Translations under genes and position numbers: made by a program | Shown: piece by piece, positions 44,510-56,161 of the stretch | How the letters are laid out: every line of letters begins with the position of its first letter | Position numbering within the stretch: position 1 is the stretch's first letter | The notes under the pieces: model-generated | What the model was told of the DNA's origin: nothing | Databases searched by the model: none | What the model saw: the letters and a program-made list of their open reading frames with translations, nothing else | From: Escherichia coli | GTDB taxonomy: Bacteria > Pseudomonadota > Gammaproteobacteria > Enterobacterales > Enterobacteriaceae | Reading direction: 5' to 3' (one strand) | Assembly (NCBI RefSeq): GCF_003019035.1 | Contig: NZ_CP027447.1 | DNA: 64,000 bases

Positions 44510-44766
44510 TTAACAGAATCCTTTTAATTATCGTTAAACGTATTTTCTAAACGAATTTTAAACGACGTCATTTATAAATGACATACTGTTTTTAAAATGG
44601 AATGGTGATTAAACACAATGAGAAAAATAGATGAAATAATATTATTTATCGATATGTGATCGAAGTCGAAATGAAATATAAGGTGAACTACTGGTATTTG
44701 AAATTTATTTTTTATATTGTCGGAATTTATCTGATTAACTGCCGGGCCGTAGACCCGACAATTATT

Positions 44767-45648
44767 TTAGCCACGACGTGTCGCCAGCCAGCAGAGCAGG
44801 GAACCGCCGCAGACCATTAGCGCGCCTTGCCAGAACGAGAACGACAGCGGGGCGCTGAGCAGCACGGCTGCAAGCGCTGAGGAAAGGACGGGCGTAAAAT
44901 ACGAACCTACCGCCATAATGGTGACGTTGCCATGTAATATACCGACGTTCCATGCAGCATAAGCAAATCCTAAGGTAAATGCCGCAGAGATGAGTTTAAT
45001 CATGACTGGCGTGCTAAATACCATTTCTGGTTGTGGCGTGAGAAAATAGTAAACCCACAGACTTGCTCCCGTTAGCAGGACAAAAACGGTAATTCCGTTA
45101 AATCCGCGTGCGTATTTATTCGTTACTGTGCAATAGGCTGCCCAGATAAACGCACCAATAAACGCCAGGAAATAACTCAATGGGCTGGTGGTGATATTAT
45201 TGATGATTTCATCATAATGTAACCCATTGTCACCACCTAACACCCAGCAGACGCCAACCAGGGCTAATAATAATCCTGGTACAATCAGCCAGTTGGTTTT
45301 CTGACCATTAAACAGAATGGCAAAGAGAATTGTCAGGCTGGGCCACAGATAGTTCACCATACCCACTTCAATCGCCTGATGACGGGTCGCCGCATATCCT
45401 AAGGAAAGCGCCAGACAGATTTCATAGCTGACGAATAACAGACACCCGGCGAGTAAATAGCCTTTCGGGATCTGCCGAATACGCGGAAATCCAACCGTGA
45501 AGATTAACAGCAGCCCGCTTAATGAATAGATAGCAGCTGCGCCGCCGACCGGGCCGAGCCCCTCACTGACACCGCGAATCAATCCTACCATCGTGCTCCA
45601 CAGGACGATCGCTATTAGCCCTATGAGCGTTGCTTTTTGTCGTGTCAT
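44767..45648 (-). CDS. yddG: Aromatic amino acid exporter (DMT family), 293 aa
   Basis: Track ORF; 10-helix hydrophobic profile; synteny upstream of fdnG. Confidence 0.8.
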   Translation of the reverse strand: MTRQKATLIGLIAIVLWSTMVGLIRGVSEGLGPVGGAAAIYSLSGLLLIFTVGFPRIRQIPKGYLLAGCLLFVSYEICLALSLGYAATRHQAIEVGMVNYLWPSLTILFAILFNGQKTNWLIVPGLLLALVGVCWVLGGDNGLHYDEIINNITTSPLSYFLAFIGAFIWAAYCTVTNKYARGFNGITVFVLLTGASLWVYYFLTPQPEMVFSTPVMIKLISAAFTLGFAYAAWNVGILHGNVTIMAVGSYFTPVLSSALAAVLLSAPLSFSFWQGALMVCGGSLLCWLATRRG

Positions 45649-45879
45649 GCTCGCTGTTTTGTCTCTCTTGCCGTTAAAAATTAAGCTGAATTTTATAGCA
45701 TTTTTTTAACTGGCCTGTCAGGCAGTGGTGCGTTTTTCTACCGCTATTGAGGTAGGTCAATTTGCGCAGGCGGATTATTTTGTGGCAAACACGTGTTCTT
45801 TTTGATTTCGCGCAAAAAGATTCAGAATTTTACTGTTAGTTTCCTCGCGCAGTAATACCCCTGAAAAAAGAGGAAAGCA

Positions 45880-48800
45880 ATGGACGTCAGTCGCAGACAA
45901 TTTTTTAAAATCTGCGCGGGCGGTATGGCTGGAACAACAGTAGCGGCATTGGGCTTTGCCCCAAAGCAAGCACTGGCTCAGGCGCGAAACTACAAATTAT
46001 TACGCGCTAAAGAGATCCGTAACACCTGCACATACTGTTCCGTAGGTTGCGGGCTATTGATGTATAGCCTGGGTGATGGCGCGAAAAACGCCAGAGAAGC
46101 GATTTATCACATTGAAGGTGACCCGGATCATCCGGTAAGCCGTGGTGCGCTGTGCCCGAAAGGGGCCGGTTTGCTGGATTACGTCAACAGCGAAAACCGT
46201 CTGCGCTACCCGGAATATCGTGCGCCAGGTTCTGATAAATGGCAGCGTATTAGCTGGGATGAAGCATTCTCCCGTATTGCGAAGCTGATGAAAGCTGACC
46301 GTGACGCTAACTTTATTGAAAAGAACGAGCAGGGCGTAACGGTAAACCGTTGGCTTTCTACCGGTATGCTGTGTGCCTCCGGTGCCAGCAACGAAACCGG
46401 GATGCTGACTCAAAAATTTGCCCGCTCCCTCGGGATGCTGGCGGTAGACAACCAGGCGCGCGTCTGACACGGACCAACGGTAGCAAGTCTTGCTCCAACA
46501 TTTGGTCGCGGTGCGATGACCAACCACTGGGTGGATATCAAAAACGCTAACGTCGTGATGGTGATGGGCGGTAACGCTGCTGAAGCACATCCCGTCGGTT
46601 TCCGCTGGGCGATGGAAGCGAAAAACAACAACGATGCAACCTTGATCGTTGTCGATCCCCGTTTTACGCGTACCGCTTCTGTGGCGGATATTTACGCACC
46701 TATTCGTTCCGGTACGGACATTACGTTCCTGTCTGGCGTTTTGCGCTACCTGATCGAAAACAACAAAATCAACGCCGAATACGTTAAGCATTACACCAAC
46801 GCCAGCCTGCTGGTGCGTGATGATTTTGCTTTCGAAGATGGCCTGTTCAGCGGTTATGACGCTGAAAAACGCCAGTACGATAAATCGTCCTGGAACTATC
46901 AGTTCGATGAAAACGGCTATGCGAAACGCGATGAAACACTGACTCATCCGCGCTGTGTGTGGAACCTGCTGAAAGCGCACGTTTCCCGCTACACGCCGGA
47001 CGTAGTAGAAAACATCTGCGGTACGCCAAAAGCCGACTTCCTGAAAGTGTGTGAAGTGCTGGCCTCCACCAGCGCACCGGATCGCACAACCACCTTCCTG
47101 TACGCGCTGGGCTGGACGCAGCACACCGTGGGTGCGCAGAACATCCGTACTATGGCGATGATCCAGCTGCTGCTCGGTAACATGGGTATGGCCGGTGGCG
47201 GCGTGAACGCATTGCGTGGTCACTCCAACATTCAGGGCCTGACCGACTTAGGTCTGCTCTCAACCAGCCTGCCGGGTTATCTGACGCTGCCGTCAGAAAA
47301 ACAGGTTGATTTGCAGTCGTATCTGGAAGCGAATACGCCGAAAGCGACGCTGGCTGATCAGGTGAACTACTGGAGCAACTATCCGAAGTTCTTCGTTAGC
47401 CTGATGAAATCTTTCTACGGCGATGCCGCGCAAAAAGAGAACAACTGGGGCTACGACTGGCTGCCGAAGTGGGACCAGACCTACGACGTCATCAAGTATT
47501 TCAACATGATGGACGAAGGCAAAGTCACCGGTTATTTCTGCCAGGGCTTTAACCCGGTTGCGTCCTTCCCGGACAAAAACAAAGTGGTGAGCTGCCTGAG
47601 CAAGCTGAAGTACATGGTGGTAATCGATCCGCTGGTGACTGAAACTTCTACCTTCTGGCAGAACCACGGCGAGTCGAACGATGTCGATCCGGCGTCTATT
47701 CAGACTGAAGTATTCCGTCTGCCTTCGACCTGCTTTGCTGAAGAAGATGGTTCTATCGCTAACTCCGGTCGCTGGTTGCAGTGGCACTGGAAAGGTCAGG
47801 ACGCGCCGGGCGAAGCGCGTAACGACGGCGAAATTCTGGCGGGTATCTACCATCATCTGCGCGAGTTGTACCAGGCCGAAGGTGGTAAAGGCGTAGAACC
47901 GCTGATGAAGATGAGCTGGAACTACAAGCAGCCGCACGAACCGCAATCTGACGAAGTAGCTAAAGAGAACAACGGCTACGCGCTGGAAGATCTCTATGAT
48001 GCCAATGGCGTGCTGATTGCGAAGAAAGGTCAGTTGCTGAGTAGCTTTGCGCATCTGCGTGATGACGGTACAACCGCATCGTCTTGCTGGATCTACACCG
48101 GTAGCTGGACAGAGCAGGGCAACCAGATGGCTAACCGCGATAACTCCGACCCATCTGGTCTGGGGAATACGCTGGGATGGGCCTGGGCGTGGCCGCTCAA
48201 CCGTCGCGTACTCTACAACCGTGCTTCGGCGGATATCAACGGTAAACCGTGGGATCCGAAACGAATGCTGATCCAGTGGAACGGCAGCAAGTGGACGGGT
48301 AACGATATTCCGGACTTCGGCAATGCCGCACCGGGTACGCCAACCGGGCCGTTTATCATGCAGCCGGAAGGGATGGGACGCCTGTTTGCCATCAACAAAA
48401 TGGCGGAAGGTCCGTTCCCGGAACACTACGAGCCAATCGAAACGCCGCTGGGCACTAACCCGCTGCATCCGAACGTGGTGTCTAACCCGGTCGTTCGTCT
48501 GTATGAACAAGACGCGCTGCGGATGGGTAAAAAAGAGCAGTTCCCGTATGTGGGTACGACCTATCGTCTGACCGAGCACTTCCACACCTGGACCAAGCAC
48601 GCGTTGCTCAACGCAATTGCTCAGCCGGAACAGTTTGTGGAAATCAGCGAAACGCTGGCGGCGGCGAAAGGCATTAATAATGGCGATCGTGTCACTGTCT
48701 CAAGCAAGCGTGGCTTTATCCGCGCGGTGGCGGTGGTAACGCGCCGTCTGAAACCGCTGAATGTAAACGGTCAGCAGGTTGAAACGGTGGGTATTCCGAT

Positions 48801-48927
48801 CCACTGGGGCTTTGAGGGAGTCGCGCGTAAAGGTTATATCGCTAACACTCTGACGCCGAATGTCGGTGATGCAAACTCGCAAACGCCGGAATATAAAGCG
48901 TTCTTAGTCAACATCGAGAAGGCGTAA
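45880..48927 (+). CDS. fdnG: Formate dehydrogenase-N alpha subunit (selenocysteine-containing molybdoenzyme), 1015 aa with UGA read as Sec at codon 196
   Basis: Track ORFs 45880..46467 and 46516..48927 share one frame, separated by TGA at 46465..46467; twin-arginine signal MDVSRRQFFKICAGGMAG. Confidence 0.9.
46465..46515 (+). other. Selenocysteine UGA codon with downstream SECIS-type hairpin region
   Basis: In-frame TGA inside fdnG; the sequence immediately 3' (cacggaccaacggtagcaagtcttgctccaaca) can form a stem-loop. Confidence 0.55.
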
Positions 48928-48939
48928 GGGGGCGAACAG

Positions 48940-49824
48940 ATGGCTATGGAAACGCAGGACATTATCAAAAGGTCCGCAACTAACTCCATCACGCCGCCTT
49001 CGCAGGTGCGTGATTACAAAGCAGAAGTCGCAAAACTTATCGACGTTTCCACCTGTATCGGCTGTAAAGCCTGTCAGGTGGCGTGTTCGGAGTGGAACGA
49101 CATCCGTGATGAAGTGGGGCACTGCGTCGGGGTTTACGATAACCCCGCCGATCTGAGCGCCAAGTCCTGGACTGTGATGCGCTTTAGCGAAACCGAACAG
49201 AACGGCAAGCTGGAGTGGCTGATCCGTAAAGACGGCTGTATGCACTGTGAAGATCCGGGCTGCCTGAAGGCGTGCCCGTCTGCTGGTGCAATCATTCAGT
49301 ACGCTAACGGGATTGTCGATTTCCAGTCGGAAAACTGCATCGGCTGTGGTTACTGCATTGCCGGGTGTCCGTTTAATATTCCGCGCCTCAACAAAGAGGA
49401 TAACCGGGTATATAAATGCACGCTCTGCGTCGATCGCGTCAGCGTCGGCCAGGAACCGGCTTGTGTGAAAACCTGTCCGACCGGGGCTATCCACTTCGGC
49501 ACCAAGAAGGAGATGCTGGAGCTGGCGGAACAGCGCGTGGCGAAACTGAAAGCGCGTGGTTACGAACATGCTGGCGTCTACAACCCGGAAGGGGTCGGTG
49601 GTACGCACGTCATGTACGTGTTGCATCACGCCGATCAGCCGGAGCTGTATCACGGTCTGCCGAAAGATCCGAAGATCGACACATCGGTGAACTTGTGGAA
49701 AGGCGCGTTGAAACCGCTGGCAGCGGCTGGCTTTATCGCCACTTTTGCCGGGTTGATTTTCCACTACATCGGTATTGGCCCGAATAAGGAAGTGGACGAT
49801 GACGAGGAGGAGCATCATGAGTAA
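48940..49824 (+). CDS. fdnH: Formate dehydrogenase-N beta subunit (4Fe-4S), 294 aa
   Basis: Track ORF; four CxxCxxCxxxCP motifs. Confidence 0.9.
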   Translation: MAMETQDIIKRSATNSITPPSQVRDYKAEVAKLIDVSTCIGCKACQVACSEWNDIRDEVGHCVGVYDNPADLSAKSWTVMRFSETEQNGKLEWLIRKDGCMHCEDPGCLKACPSAGAIIQYANGIVDFQSENCIGCGYCIAGCPFNIPRLNKEDNRVYKCTLCVDRVSVGQEPACVKTCPTGAIHFGTKKEMLELAEQRVAKLKARGYEHAGVYNPEGVGGTHVMYVLHHADQPELYHGLPKDPKIDTSVNLWKGALKPLAAAGFIATFAGLIFHYIGIGPNKEVDDDEEEHHE

Positions 49825-50470
49825 GTCGAAAATGATTGTGCGCACCAAGTTTATTGATCGCGCCTGTCACTGGACCGTGGTGATTTGCTTCTTCCTGGTG
49901 GCGCTGTCCGGGATTTCGTTCTTCTTCCCGACGCTGCAATGGCTGACGCAAACCTTCGGTACGCCGCAGATGGGACGCATTTTGCACCCGTTCTTCGGCA
50001 TTGCGATTTTCGTCGCGCTGATGTTTATGTTTGTGCGTTTTGTGCATCACAACATCCCGGATAAGAAAGATATTCCGTGGCTGTTGAACATTGTCGAAGT
50101 ATTAAAAGGCAATGAGCACAAAGTGGCGGATGTCGGGAAGTACAACGCCGGGCAAAAGATGATGTTCTGGTCGATCATGAGCATGATTTTCGTGCTGCTG
50201 GTGACCGGGGTGATTATCTGGCGTCCGTACTTTGCGCAGTACTTCCCGATGCAGGTTGTTCGCTACAGCCTGCTGATTCACGCGGCTGCGGGTATCATCC
50301 TGATCCACGCCATCCTGATCCATATGTATATGGCATTCTGGGTGAAAGGATCGATTAAAGGGATGATCGAAGGGAAGGTGAGCCGTCGCTGGGCGAAGAA
50401 ACACCATCCACGCTGGTATCGTGAAATCGAGAAGGCAGAAGCGAAAAAAGAGAGTGAAGAAGGGATGTAA
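49817..50470 (+). CDS. fdnI: Formate dehydrogenase-N gamma subunit (cytochrome b556), 217 aa
   Basis: Internal ATG at 49817 overlapping the fdnH stop; track ORF 49775..50470. Confidence 0.85.
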   Translation: MSKSKMIVRTKFIDRACHWTVVICFFLVALSGISFFFPTLQWLTQTFGTPQMGRILHPFFGIAIFVALMFMFVRFVHHNIPDKKDIPWLLNIVEVLKGNEHKVADVGKYNAGQKMMFWSIMSMIFVLLVTGVIIWRPYFAQYFPMQVVRYSLLIHAAAGIILIHAILIHMYMAFWVKGSIKGMIEGKVSRRWAKKHHPRWYREIEKAEAKKESEEGM

Positions 50471-50491
50471 TCTCTTTTGAACTTTAAGCTG

Positions 50492-50523
50492 AAAATGGCG
50501 CTTTAAGAAGCGCCATTTTTTTA
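50492..50523. terminator. Bidirectional intrinsic terminator between fdnI and yddM
   Basis: Stem aaaatggcgc / gcgccatttt with 8-nt loop, flanked by an A-run and a T-run. Confidence 0.5.
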
Positions 50524-50805
50524 TTGCGTAACCAGACGGCGCAGTCGCGACACATCCACCGTTTTTTCAGCCTCTGCCAGGCTCCAGGCGTTTTGCAGAT
50601 TCAGCCACATTTGCGGCGAACTGCCGATCACCACGGAAAGTTTAATTGCCATTTCTGGCGTCAAAGCTGCTTTTCCGGTCAGCAATCGGCTTGCCGTTGA
50701 GGGAGCAATTTCCATTGCTCTGGCAAACTCGCGCAGGCTGACATTAAGTTCGTCCAGTGATTCCTGAATAATGTCCCCCGGGCGGGGATGATTGGCCATT
50801 TTCAT
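50521..50805 (-). CDS. yddM: HigA-like helix-turn-helix antitoxin-type regulator, 94 aa
   Basis: Internal ATG of track ORF 50521..50883; HTH (…[27 protein letters not shown]…). Confidence 0.6.
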
Positions 50806-50950
50806 TAGTGTCTTTACTCTCAGTAGCGTTCCTTCACCAGGAACACTATCATTATTGTTCCTTCCTACGCAACAATAATCCATTTAGCCATTTCATGTTG
50901 GAGAGAGTGCGATGCTGCGACCCGAACATGGCAGTCGCAGCAAAGGCCTC

Positions 50951-51961
50951 TTAGTGACGGAAATCAATCACCATGCGGCCACGGATTTTGCCTTCTTCCA
51001 TCTCGGTAAAGATGGTGTTGATGTCCGCTAACGGACGCAGGGCGACTTTCGGCACCACTTTGCCTTCGGCGGCAAACTGGAAGGCTTCAGTTAAATCCTG
51101 GCGCGTGCCGACCAGCGAACCGACCACTTCAATACCATCCAGCACAAGGCGTGGGATATCCAGGCTCATAGACTCCGGCGGCAGACCGACTGCCACAACA
51201 CGCCCGCCTGCACGGACAGCATCAACTGCCGAGTTAAACGCAGCTTTAGCTACCGCTGTCACCACTGCTGCGTGAGCGCCACCAGTTTTCTCCTGCACAA
51301 TTTTGGCGGCGTCTTCGGTGCGTGAGTTAATCGCTAAATCAGCGCCCATTTCGGTTGCCAGTTTTAACTGCTCATCATTGACATCAATGGCGATCACTTT
51401 CGCGTTAAAGACATTCTTCGCGTATTGCAGGGCGAGGTTACCCAGACCGCCAAGACCGTAGATAGCAATCCACTGCCCTGGACGAATTTTTGACAGCTTC
51501 ACCGCTTTGTAGGTGGTGACCCCCGCACAGGTAATGCTGCTGGCCGCCGCCGAGTCCAGGCCATCGGGCACTTTTACCGCGTAATCGGCGACCACGATGC
51601 ATTCTTCAGCCATCCCGCCATCAACGCTGTATCCGGCGTTTTTAACAGAACGGCAGAGGGTTTCGTTACCACTATTACAGTATTCGCAATGACCGCATCC
51701 TTCGTAAAACCACGCCACGCTGGCACGATCGCCTGGTTTTAATGAGGTGACACCTGGGCCAACTTCTGCCACTACACCAATACCTTCGTGTCCCAGAATT
51801 ACGCCGGTTTTGTCACCAAAATCGCCATTCTTAACATGAAGATCGGTATGACATACACCACAACACTCCATTTTCAGCAGGGCTTCGCCATGTTTCAGTG
51901 AGCGCAGTGTTTTATCCGTAACGTCAACATGATGATCCTTCGTAACAACTGCAGCCTTCAT
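50951..51961 (-). CDS. adhP: Zn-dependent alcohol dehydrogenase (propanol-preferring), 336 aa
   Basis: Internal ATG (reverse complement of 51959..51961) with AGGAGG ribosome-binding site; GHEGIG and GLGGLG motifs. Confidence 0.85.
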   Translation of the reverse strand: MKAAVVTKDHHVDVTDKTLRSLKHGEALLKMECCGVCHTDLHVKNGDFGDKTGVILGHEGIGVVAEVGPGVTSLKPGDRASVAWFYEGCGHCEYCNSGNETLCRSVKNAGYSVDGGMAEECIVVADYAVKVPDGLDSAAASSITCAGVTTYKAVKLSKIRPGQWIAIYGLGGLGNLALQYAKNVFNAKVIAIDVNDEQLKLATEMGADLAINSRTEDAAKIVQEKTGGAHAAVVTAVAKAAFNSAVDAVRAGGRVVAVGLPPESMSLDIPRLVLDGIEVVGSLVGTRQDLTEAFQFAAEGKVVPKVALRPLADINTIFTEMEEGKIRGRMVIDFRH

Positions 51962-52094
51962 AGTTCCTCCTTTTCGGATGATGTTCTGCATAGCAGGTGA
52001 GGCAAATGAGATTTATTCGCCACTACCCAGTATGGATGAGATCTGAAAAAGGGAGAGGAAAATTGCCCGGTAGCCTTCACTACCGGGCGCAGGC

Positions 52095-53792
52095 TTAGAT
52101 GGAGGTACGGCGGTAGTCGCGGTATTCGGCGTGCCAGAAATTATCATCAATGGCCTGTTGCAGAGCTTCGGCAGACGTTTTCACCGCCACGCCTTGCTGC
52201 TGCGCCATTTTGCCAACCGCAAAGGCAATTGCGCGGGAGACTTTCTGAATATCTTTCAGTTCCGGTAGTACCAGACCTTCGCCGTTCAGGACCAGCGGCG
52301 AATACTGAGCAAGCGTTTCACTTGCCGACATCAGCATCTCATCGGTGATACGTGACGCGCCGGAAGCAATAACGCCCAGCCCGATGCCCGGGAAAATAAA
52401 GGCGTTGTTACACTGGGCGATAGGGTAGATTTTATCTTTCCATACCACTGGGTTAAACGGACTGCCAGTGGCGACCAGCGCGTTACCTTCGGTCCAGGCG
52501 ATAATGTCCTGCGGTGTGGCTTCCACGCGTGACGTCGGGTTAGACAGCGGCATCACGATCGGACGCGGACAGTGTTTATGCATCTCACGGATGATCTCTT
52601 CCGTAAACAGCCCGGTCTGTCCTGAGACGCCAATCAGAATATCTGGTTTTACATTGCGCACCACATCCAGCAGTGACAACACATCGCTGTCGGTATCCCA
52701 GTCACTGAGGTTTTCGCGCTTCTGCACCAGTTTGGTCTGGAAAGGCAGCAGGTTCGGCATCTTGTCGGTCAGCAGGCCAAAGCGATCGACCATAAAGACT
52801 TTCTGCCGCGCCGCTTCCTCGCTTAATCCTTCGCGCTGGGTCTGGGCGATGATCATTTCGGCAATGCCGCATCCCGCTGAACCTGCGCCAAGGAAGACGA
52901 TTTTTTTCTCGCTTAACTGACCGCCTGCCGCGCGGCTGGCTGCGATCAGTGTGCCGACTGTTACCGCCGCAGTGCCCTGAATGTCATCGTTAAAAGAACA
53001 AATTTCATTGCGATAGCGGTTAAGTAACGGCATCGCATTTTTTTGTGCGAAGTCTTCAAACTGCAACAGTACGTCCGGCCAGCGTTGTTTCACAGCCTGG
53101 ATAAATTCATCAACGAATTCATAGTATTCGTCGTCAGTGATACGCGGATTACGCCAGCCCATATACAGCGGATCGTTAAGCAGCTGTTGGTTGTTCGTCC
53201 CGACATCCAGCACCACCGGAAGGGTATACGCCGGGCTGATGCCGCCACATGCGGTATAGAGTGACAGTTTACCGATCGGAATGCCCATCCCGCCGATGCC
53301 CTGGTCACCAAGCCCCAGAATACGTTCGCCGTCAGTCACCACAATCACTTTGATATTATGGTTTGGTACGTTTTGCAGAATATCGTCCATATTGTGGCGG
53401 TTCTGGTAAGAGATAAACACACCGCGTGAACGGCGGTAGATCTCAGAAAAACGCTCACAGGCTGCGCCGACGGTTGGGGTGTAAATGACTGGCATCATCT
53501 CATCAAGATGATTGTTTACCAGACGGTAGAAGAGGGTTTCGTTAGTGTCCTGGATGTTACGCAGGTAGATGTGTTTGTCGATTTCGGTTTTGAATCCCTG
53601 ATACTGGATCCATGCTCGTTCCGCTTGTTCTTCGATGGTTTCGACCACTTCCGGCAGTAACCCCAGCAGGTTGAAGTTACGGCGTTCTTCCATGCTGAAG
53701 GCGCTGCCTTTATTCAACAACGGAAATTCCAGCAATACAGGGCCAGCGTAAGGGATATAAAGCGAACGCTGTTTTTTTGTTTTTGGTTCCAT
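52095..53792 (-). CDS. maeA: NAD-dependent malic enzyme, 565 aa
   Basis: Internal ATG of track ORF 52095..53828; start [18 protein letters not shown] matches my recollection of MaeA/SfcA. Confidence 0.85.
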   Translation of the reverse strand: MEPKTKKQRSLYIPYAGPVLLEFPLLNKGSAFSMEERRNFNLLGLLPEVVETIEEQAERAWIQYQGFKTEIDKHIYLRNIQDTNETLFYRLVNNHLDEMMPVIYTPTVGAACERFSEIYRRSRGVFISYQNRHNMDDILQNVPNHNIKVIVVTDGERILGLGDQGIGGMGIPIGKLSLYTACGGISPAYTLPVVLDVGTNNQQLLNDPLYMGWRNPRITDDEYYEFVDEFIQAVKQRWPDVLLQFEDFAQKNAMPLLNRYRNEICSFNDDIQGTAAVTVGTLIAASRAAGGQLSEKKIVFLGAGSAGCGIAEMIIAQTQREGLSEEAARQKVFMVDRFGLLTDKMPNLLPFQTKLVQKRENLSDWDTDSDVLSLLDVVRNVKPDILIGVSGQTGLFTEEIIREMHKHCPRPIVMPLSNPTSRVEATPQDIIAWTEGNALVATGSPFNPVVWKDKIYPIAQCNNAFIFPGIGLGVIASGASRITDEMLMSASETLAQYSPLVLNGEGLVLPELKDIQKVSRAIAFAVGKMAQQQGVAVKTSAEALQQAIDDNFWHAEYRDYRRTSI

Positions 53793-53948
53793 GTCACTCA
53801 CTCTTTTTTGAATATCCATCCCTGGCACGCTTTTATCGTCTTTGCTTTACCGCCAGGGCGTCGGCCCCAAGTATAAAGCAGATAAAAACAAAAACACCAT
53901 TGCGCAGGCAATGGTGTTTAATCGTCATTGAGGACTGATGGTTATGAA

Positions 53949-54086
53949 TTACTTTTCAGCGGGGCGTTTTCTGCCGGTTGGGTTATTTACCACGCTGGAT
54001 TTGTCACCTTCGGTAACTATTTTGCGCTGGTTAGAAATTTTATGGTCCAGTCCAAGAATATGACGTGCCTGACGGTTCGATTTCAT
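53949..54086 (-). CDS. sra: Stationary-phase ribosome-associated protein Sra (S22), 45 aa
   Basis: Hand translation [45 protein letters not shown]; GAGGAG ribosome-binding site; below the ORF-track cutoff. Confidence 0.8.
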
Positions 54087-54187
54087 TTTAACTCCTCAAT
54101 CCTGTTGCTAGTTTTAAGGACAACATCGCCGTAGCGAAGAAACACGTGCTAAACCCCTAAATTAGGTTGCCGATCAAGCATAGCACC

Positions 54188-54403
54188 TTAAAGCGTAGGG
54201 TGCTGGCCACTGACCACATAATTGATCGTTTGCTGGTAGATATCACTGAGGATGTCGTTATCAGAAGCTTCCACCCATTTGGTCAGCTCCATGAGAATGT
54301 CATCTTCAGTGACAACACCGTGCTCTGCCCGAAGGCCTTGCTCAATGGCATTAACCAGAGCGGGTTCTGCTGTTGAATTTTCTGCCTGATAATAAGTAAA
54401 CAT
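54188..54403 (-). CDS. bdm: Biofilm-dependent modulation protein, 71 aa
   Basis: Internal ATG of track ORF 54188..54466; start MFTYYQAENSTAEPALVNAIEQ. Confidence 0.75.
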   Translation of the reverse strand: MFTYYQAENSTAEPALVNAIEQGLRAEHGVVTEDDILMELTKWVEASDNDILSDIYQQTINYVVSGQHPTL

Positions 54404-54747
54404 AGTGATTCTCCGTGTCTGTGTATTTTTGGTGTCTGCTACGGATCGCAGATTTATAAAGCACATTCAGCATGGCAAATATTTGCCGCTTCGTTGTTAA
54501 GATTAGTCCTGGTTGATAGTTTTTATATTTTAACCCCATGATATTGATAGGTATTATTATTGTGGTGAGTTGAATGATATTGATGCAATATCTCTTGAGA
54601 TATATATTCCCGGTAATCTATTGTGGGAATTTAATTTAAGTGCAGAAGTATTATTTTCGCCGGATTTTATTCGGAATATCCTGCTTATCCTCGTGCGGTT
54701 TCTCACGTAGTCTATAATTTCCTTTTTAAGCCCACAGGAGAGCAACA

Positions 54748-55179
54748 ATGACAATCCATAAGAAAGGTCAGGCACACTGGGAAGGCGATATCAAACGCGG
54801 GAAGGGAACAGTATCCACCGAGAGTGGCGTGCTGAACCAACAGCCGTATGGATTTAACACGCGTTTTGAAGGCGAAAAAGGAACCAACCCTGAAGAACTG
54901 ATTGGCGCAGCGCATGCCGCATGTTTCTCAATGGCGCTTTCATTAATGCTGGGGGAAGCGGGATTCACGCCAACATCGATTGATACCACCGCCGATGTGT
55001 CGCTGGATAAAGTGGATGCCGGTTTTGCGATTACTAAAATCGCACTGAAGAGCGAAGTTGCGGTGCCGGGTATTGATGCCTCTACTTTTGACGGCATTAT
55101 CCAGAAAGCAAAAGCAGGATGCCCGGTTTCTCAGGTACTGAAAGCTGAAATTACGCTGGATTACCAGTTGAAATCGTAA
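54748..55179 (+). CDS. osmC: Osmotically inducible peroxiredoxin, 143 aa
   Basis: Track ORF with ribosome-binding site; OsmC/Ohr fold. Confidence 0.85.
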   Translation: MTIHKKGQAHWEGDIKRGKGTVSTESGVLNQQPYGFNTRFEGEKGTNPEELIGAAHAACFSMALSLMLGEAGFTPTSIDTTADVSLDKVDAGFAITKIALKSEVAVPGIDASTFDGIIQKAKAGCPVSQVLKAEITLDYQLKS

Positions 55180-55234
55180 AGCGTTGCCGGATGACGCGTC
55201 AGGCGCGTGATTGCCTGATGCGTTGTTAGCGTCT

Positions 55235-56161
55235 CTACAGCGCCCGCCAGCACCGGATCTCACGTCCGTCCTCCCTTATTGCTAATGATTGCCGGACTTC
55301 ACACCCGTGGGTTGCCAGAGGGCAACGTTCACGGAAAAAACAGCCTTGTGGCAACGTGCGGTTTCCTGGTAGATCCGTTTTACGTAATGCCCATTCTTCC
55401 TCCAGCGGTTTATCAATGGCGGGGAGGGAATCCAGCAATAATCGGGTGTAGGGATGTGCCGGAGCTGTCAGCACCTGTTGCGCGTCTCCTAATTCCACAA
55501 TCTGTCCGAGATACATCACCGCCACCCGATCGCTCATATGACGTATCACCGAGACATTGTGTGAAATCAGCACATAAGTCAGCCCGCGATTTTCCTGTAG
55601 CGTTACCAGTAAATTGAGGATCTGCGCCTGCACGGAGATATCCAGCGCCGAGGTTGGTTCATCAAGCACAATCACGTCAGGCTGCGAAGAGAGTGCTCTG
55701 GCAATGGCGATACGTTGCCGCTGCCCGCCTGAGAACGCATGGGGCAAGCGGTCGAGATACTCCGGACGAATACCCACCTGCACAGCCAGCTCCTCTGCCA
55801 ACGCTCGCCGCTGTTGTTCACTACTACGCTTAGCAATCCAGAGCGGTTCCGTGATGATGCGCCACACCGGTAAGCGCGGATTAAGCGAAGAGAGCGGGTC
55901 CTGAAACACCATCTGCATAATGCGTTGTGATCCTGAACGGATGTACTGCCCGTGGCTCGGTTGCAGCATACCCATTAAAAGCTGTGCGAGGGTGCTTTTG
56001 CCGCAACCTGACTCACCGACGATCCCTAAGGTTTCACCACGACGGATCTGTAAATCAATACCATTGATGGCATGAACATGTTCCGTAGTTTTACCAAGCC
56101 AGTTTTTTCGGGCCGGGAAATTGATATGGACGTCGCGTAACGTTAATAACGTGTCAGACAC
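55235..56161 (-). CDS. ddpF: D,D-dipeptide ABC transporter ATPase, about 308 aa, GTG start
   Basis: Track ORF 55235..56215; GTG (reverse complement of 56159..56161) gives MSDTLLTLRD…; Walker A GESGCGKST. Confidence 0.8.
   Translation of the reverse strand: MSDTLLTLRDVHINFPARKNWLGKTTEHVHAINGIDLQIRRGETLGIVGESGCGKSTLAQLLMGMLQPSHGQYIRSGSQRIMQMVFQDPLSSLNPRLPVWRIITEPLWIAKRSSEQQRRALAEELAVQVGIRPEYLDRLPHAFSGGQRQRIAIARALSSQPDVIVLDEPTSALDISVQAQILNLLVTLQENRGLTYVLISHNVSVIRHMSDRVAVMYLGQIVELGDAQQVLTAPAHPYTRLLLDSLPAIDKPLEEEWALRKTDLPGNRTLPQGCFFRERCPLATHGCEVRQSLAIREDGREIRCWRAL

Noticed and set aside
46054-48600. Long minus-strand ORFs (389 and 435 aa) inside fdnG
   Set aside because: Antisense to a well-supported, highly conserved gene; no ribosome-binding site or known homolog; typical GC-rich antisense open frames.
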